In this document: piece after piece, positions 60,656 through 64,000 of the stretch
Layout of the letters: each line of letters opens with the position of its first letter
How positions within the stretch are numbered: the stretch's first letter is position 1
Assembly: GCA_965248695.1 (NCBI GenBank)
Contig: CBDFKD010000002.1
Coordinates: 64,001 to 128,000 of the forward strand
Direction: 5' to 3'
Length of the DNA stretch: 64,000 bases
Source of the DNA: Acidobacteriota bacterium
GTDB lineage: Bacteria; Acidobacteriota; UBA890; WLXD01
Translations under genes and position numbers: made by a program
The notes under the pieces: model-generated
What the model was told of the DNA's origin: nothing
The model's input: the letters and a program-made list of their open reading frames with translations, nothing else
The model's database searches: none

Positions 60656-63130
60656 ATGAACCCGTCCCCTGACGCCTACGAGAAACTGGGTGCGTTCTAC
60701 CTCGGGCGCGAATACGACCTCGAGCGCGGCGCGATGAAGGACGAGCTGCTGCTCTACGACTCCAAGGATCTGACCACCCACGCGATGTGCGTGGGTATGA
60801 CCGGAAGTGGCAAGACAGGCCTGTGCGTGGGTCTGCTGGAGGAAGCGGCGATCGACGGGGTCCCGGCGCTGATCATCGACCCGAAGGGAGATCTCACCAA
60901 CCTGCTGTTGACCTTCCCTGACCTCCGGCCGAAGGACTTCGCACCCTGGGTCGATCCGGATGATGCCCAGCGCCAGGGCATGACTCCGGATCAGTTTGCC
61001 CGGGCTCAGGCCAAGCTGTGGCGCGACGGTTTGGGCTCGTGGGGGCAGGACGGCGAGCGCATTCGGCGCCTGCGAGCCGCCGCCGACTTCGCGGTCTATA
61101 CGCCCGGGTCCGAATCCGGGCGGCCGCTGTCGATTCTGTCTTCGTTCGCCGCGCCCGGCCCGGAGGTGATGGCCGACGCCGATCTGTGCCGCGATCAGAT
61201 CAGCTCGGCCGCCACGAGCTTGTTGGGCCTGATGGGCATCGACGCCGATCCCCTGCGATCGCGCGAGCACATCCTGCTTTCGACGATCATCGATCACACC
61301 TGGCGTCAGGGACAGGATCTCGACCTGGGGCGGCTCATCCAGTTGATCCAATCGCCACCGATTCAGCGGGTCGGCGTGCTGGATCTGGACTCGTTCTTCC
61401 CACCGAAGGACCGTTTCGACCTCGCACTGGCGCTCAACAACTTGCTGGCCGCGCCGGGCTTCGGCGCCTGGATGACCGGCGAGTCCATCGACCCGCAGCA
61501 CCTGCTGTATGACGCGCAGGGGAAGCCGAGGGTGTCGATCGTCTATATCGCTCACCTGTCGGACGAAGAGCGTATGTTCGTGGTCACGCTGCTGCTGAAT
61601 CGGTTGCTGGGCTGGATGCGCACGCGGTCCGGCACCACGAGCCTGCGCGCTCTCCTCTACATGGACGAGATCTTCGGCTACATGCCCCCGGTGGCGGAGC
61701 CGCCGTCCAAGAAGCCACTGCTGACGCTGCTCAAGCAGGCCCGCGCTTTCGGCGTCGGCGTCGTCATGGCGACGCAGAATCCGGTAGACCTCGACTACAA
61801 GGGCCTGTCGAACACCGGTACGTGGTTTCTGGGTCGCCTGCAAACGGAGCGCGACAAGCGCCGGGTTCTCGACGGTCTGGAAGGCGTGGCAGCGACGGCA
61901 GCGACGCGCTTCGATCGCGGCGCCATGGAAGAGACCCTCGCCGGGCTCGGCAAGCGAGTGTTTCTGATGCACAACGTGCACGAGGACGGCCCCGTGATCT
62001 TCCACACACGCTGGGCGATGTCGTATCTCCGCGGCCCGTTGACCAGATCACAGCTTCGCCGGCTGACGCAGGCCGACACCATGGCGACACCTATCGCAGA
62101 GTCCGCCGCGCCTGTCGGCCCCGGCCCAGCGGTGCGCGCAGCGCCCACCACCGCTGCCCAGGTGGCCGCCGATGGCGCACCGGTGCTCCCACCGGGCGTT
62201 CCGCAGTGCCACCTGCCGATCCGCGGCACGATGACCTCTGCACAGGTGGTGTACCTGCCGCGCGTCGTTGCGAGCGCGGACGTGCATTTCGTTGACTCAC
62301 GCCGCAGGCTAGATGCCGAGGAAACACTTACGCTGATGGCGTCGTCGGACCTGCCTGCAGCATCCGGACTCGACTGGGACGACGCCGCCACCCTGAAGCT
62401 GGCGCCCGGCGAGTTGCTGTCCACCGCCCCCGTGCCGGGTCGCTTCGCGGCGATATCCGGCCCCGCGTCGCAGGCACGTAGCTACGCTACATGGAAACGA
62501 TCGCTGGCGGCATGGCTGTACCGCACACGCCGCTACGAGCTGTTCCGCTGTCCGGCGCTCAAGCAATACTCAGAGCCGGGAGAGTCCGAAGCCGAGTTCC
62601 GCATCCGTCTGAGCGAGCGTGCTCACGAGGAGCGCGACCTTCAGGTCGAGAAGCTTCGCAAGAAATACGCCAGCAAGTTCAACTCGATCCGCGAACGGAT
62701 CCGCAAGGCCGAGCTATCGGTGGAACGCGAGCGCGAGCAAGCCCGCGGCGCAACCCTGCAGACTGCGATCTCCGTCGGCACGACGGTGCTGGCGGCCATC
62801 CTCGGACGAAAGCTGAGCTCGTCCACGATAGGCAAGGCCACCACCGCCGCCCGCGGGGCCGGTCGCGCCATGACGCAGGCCCAGGATGTGGGTCGCGCCC
62901 GCGCCAACGTCGAGGCAGCCGAGGAGCAGCTGGTCGTTCTGGAGACCGAGTTCGAGGGCGCCGTCAATCAGATCCGCTCGGAGCACGATCCGGCCCGTCT
63001 CGCCCTCGACGTCATCGCGCTCAAGCCGCGCAAGACCGACATCGAGATCAAGACCCTGGCGCTCGGATGGGTGCCGCACGAGCAAGCCGCGGACGGATCC
63101 CTGACGTCCTTAGTGGCCAGTAGCAGATGA
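60656..63130 (+). CDS. HerA/FtsK-superfamily ATPase (DUF87-like)
   Basis: GMTGSGKT, IIDPKGD, LYMDE, QARAFG and ATQNPVD; coiled-coil C-terminus; GGAGG RBS. Confidence 0.88.
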   Translation: MNPSPDAYEKLGAFYLGREYDLERGAMKDELLLYDSKDLTTHAMCVGMTGSGKTGLCVGLLEEAAIDGVPALIIDPKGDLTNLLLTFPDLRPKDFAPWVDPDDAQRQGMTPDQFARAQAKLWRDGLGSWGQDGERIRRLRAAADFAVYTPGSESGRPLSILSSFAAPGPEVMADADLCRDQISSAATSLLGLMGIDADPLRSREHILLSTIIDHTWRQGQDLDLGRLIQLIQSPPIQRVGVLDLDSFFPPKDRFDLALALNNLLAAPGFGAWMTGESIDPQHLLYDAQGKPRVSIVYIAHLSDEERMFVVTLLLNRLLGWMRTRSGTTSLRALLYMDEIFGYMPPVAEPPSKKPLLTLLKQARAFGVGVVMATQNPVDLDYKGLSNTGTWFLGRLQTERDKRRVLDGLEGVAATAATRFDRGAMEETLAGLGKRVFLMHNVHEDGPVIFHTRWAMSYLRGPLTRSQLRRLTQADTMATPIAESAAPVGPGPAVRAAPTTAAQVAADGAPVLPPGVPQCHLPIRGTMTSAQVVYLPRVVASADVHFVDSRRRLDAEETLTLMASSDLPAASGLDWDDAATLKLAPGELLSTAPVPGRFAAISGPASQARSYATWKRSLAAWLYRTRRYELFRCPALKQYSEPGESEAEFRIRLSERAHEERDLQVEKLRKKYASKFNSIRERIRKAELSVEREREQARGATLQTAISVGTTVLAAILGRKLSSSTIGKATTAARGAGRAMTQAQDVGRARANVEAAEEQLVVLETEFEGAVNQIRSEHDPARLALDVIALKPRKTDIEIKTLALGWVPHEQAADGSLTSLVASSR

Positions 63131-63224
63131 ACGTCGCATATCGCAGATGGGCAAACATCGTCTCGTCGGTGCGTCTTGCATCCAGGCCACTTTCGTCACC
63201 ACGATATGCAACGTTCATCTGCTA
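63121..63224. repeat. 104-bp element with 23-bp terminal inverted repeats
   Basis: TAGCAGATGAACGT(C/T)GCATATCG at 63121-43 and inverted at 63202-24 (22/23). Confidence 0.85.
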
Positions 63225-63231
63225 CAGGCCA

Positions 63232-64000
63232 CTAGTCTGAGTCGTCGGGATCTCCGTCGGCCTCACCCGTAGGAGCTCCGTCAACGTCCCAGCGTTTGGA
63301 CATGAGCGGATGCAGCACCAGCTCCTTCGTCGCTACCACGACCTCTCCCTGACGCAGCTCGAGCTTGACCAACTCGTTCGACTTGCCGCGCATGAGCAGG
63401 TCGCCTGGAGCCTCGGCGGCGTGGACGCCGTTGACCCAGACCTGGCAACCTTCGCGGCTGGTCTGCACGCGTAGCTCCCACTCTGGATCGAGCGGCCCCG
63501 CCGTGAGGTTGCGGGCCTCATCAGAGTCGCGAACCGAACGGCGTCGGGCCCGCCTCCAGTCGGCATTGTAGGCATCGCGCTCGGCCCAGGCGGTGTGGTC
63601 CAACCGCCCGCTGCGACCACGCCACAGGCTCGAGATAGACCGCCAGACAGCACCCGGTGCCGACGTCCTCCGGCGCCGCCCAGTCGCACCTGCAGGCGCA
63701 TCACCATCATGCTCTTCCGCCGCCGACAGCTCGATGACACCGCCCTCCGCCGGGGGCGGGGGTATGTCGATGTGAATGCGCGGCAGATCATCCTGAGGAC
63801 GCGCCACATTGTCGTCCGCAGTAGCCTCCGTAGCCGCCGTGCCGTGGTCGGGGCTCTGCACCTCCGGAGGATCGTCGAGTGGATCGGAATGCGGCGCCGC
63901 CAGGCGCCCACTCGCGTCGTCCTCATCGACGGGCGATGGGCTCGCCGGCGAATCGGCGGTCTCCACAGCAGCGGCGGCGTGGATGTCGGGTGAGCCGGAT
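63232..64000 (-). CDS. C-terminal part of a hypothetical protein with PEGA-like domain (start outside window)
   Basis: Frame open to the window end; LRVQTSREGCQVWVNG...P resembles PEGA; acidic Pro-rich linker. Confidence 0.55.
   Translation of the reverse strand, partial: SGSPDIHAAAAVETADSPASPSPVDEDDASGRLAAPHSDPLDDPPEVQSPDHGTAATEATADDNVARPQDDLPRIHIDIPPPPAEGGVIELSAAEEHDGDAPAGATGRRRRTSAPGAVWRSISSLWRGRSGRLDHTAWAERDAYNADWRRARRRSVRDSDEARNLTAGPLDPEWELRVQTSREGCQVWVNGVHAAEAPGDLLMRGKSNELVKLELRQGEVVVATKELVLHPLMSKRWDVDGAPTGEADGDPDDSD

Noticed and set aside
60626-62005. 459-aa minus-strand ORF
   Set aside because: Antisense shadow of the HerA-like ATPase.

Overview
GC-rich bacterial chromosomal window; gene content and style suggest Acidobacteriota or a similar lineage (inference). 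1-25.9 kb is backbone: ftsH-tilS-tRNA(CAT), a DAACS symporter, carD, rnd, an amidase, several secreted peptidases, a Ser/Thr kinase-TPR protein and tRNA-Leu(CAA). Two features stand out. (i) An ORF-free ~290-nt segment (5898-6187) lies divergent from carD behind its own TTGACA/CATAAT promoter. It folds by eye into a closed multi-junction RNA with GAAA tetraloops and a perfect four-way junction, and matches no housekeeping RNA I recognise. (ii) At tRNA-Leu there is a tandem array of two tiny integrase-less cassettes (2.2 and 0.9 kb). Each is bounded by a tRNA 3' duplication plus similarly spaced IHF-like and arm-type-like motifs. A third, larger decayed island follows (~29-43.3 kb). It carries polyamine-related cargo (agmatine deiminase, three fragments of an SpdH-like gene), a chimeric Tat-amidohydrolase with foreign codon usage, a nested stack of three IS3-family elements and an IS256. 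43.3-64 kb is backbone again: GMC oxidoreductase, peptidases, a TonB receptor, a liu-type leucine catabolism cluster interrupted by a MITE, TetR and a HerA-like ATPase. No CRISPR, rRNA or integrase was seen. All calls come from motif reading; no database search was run.
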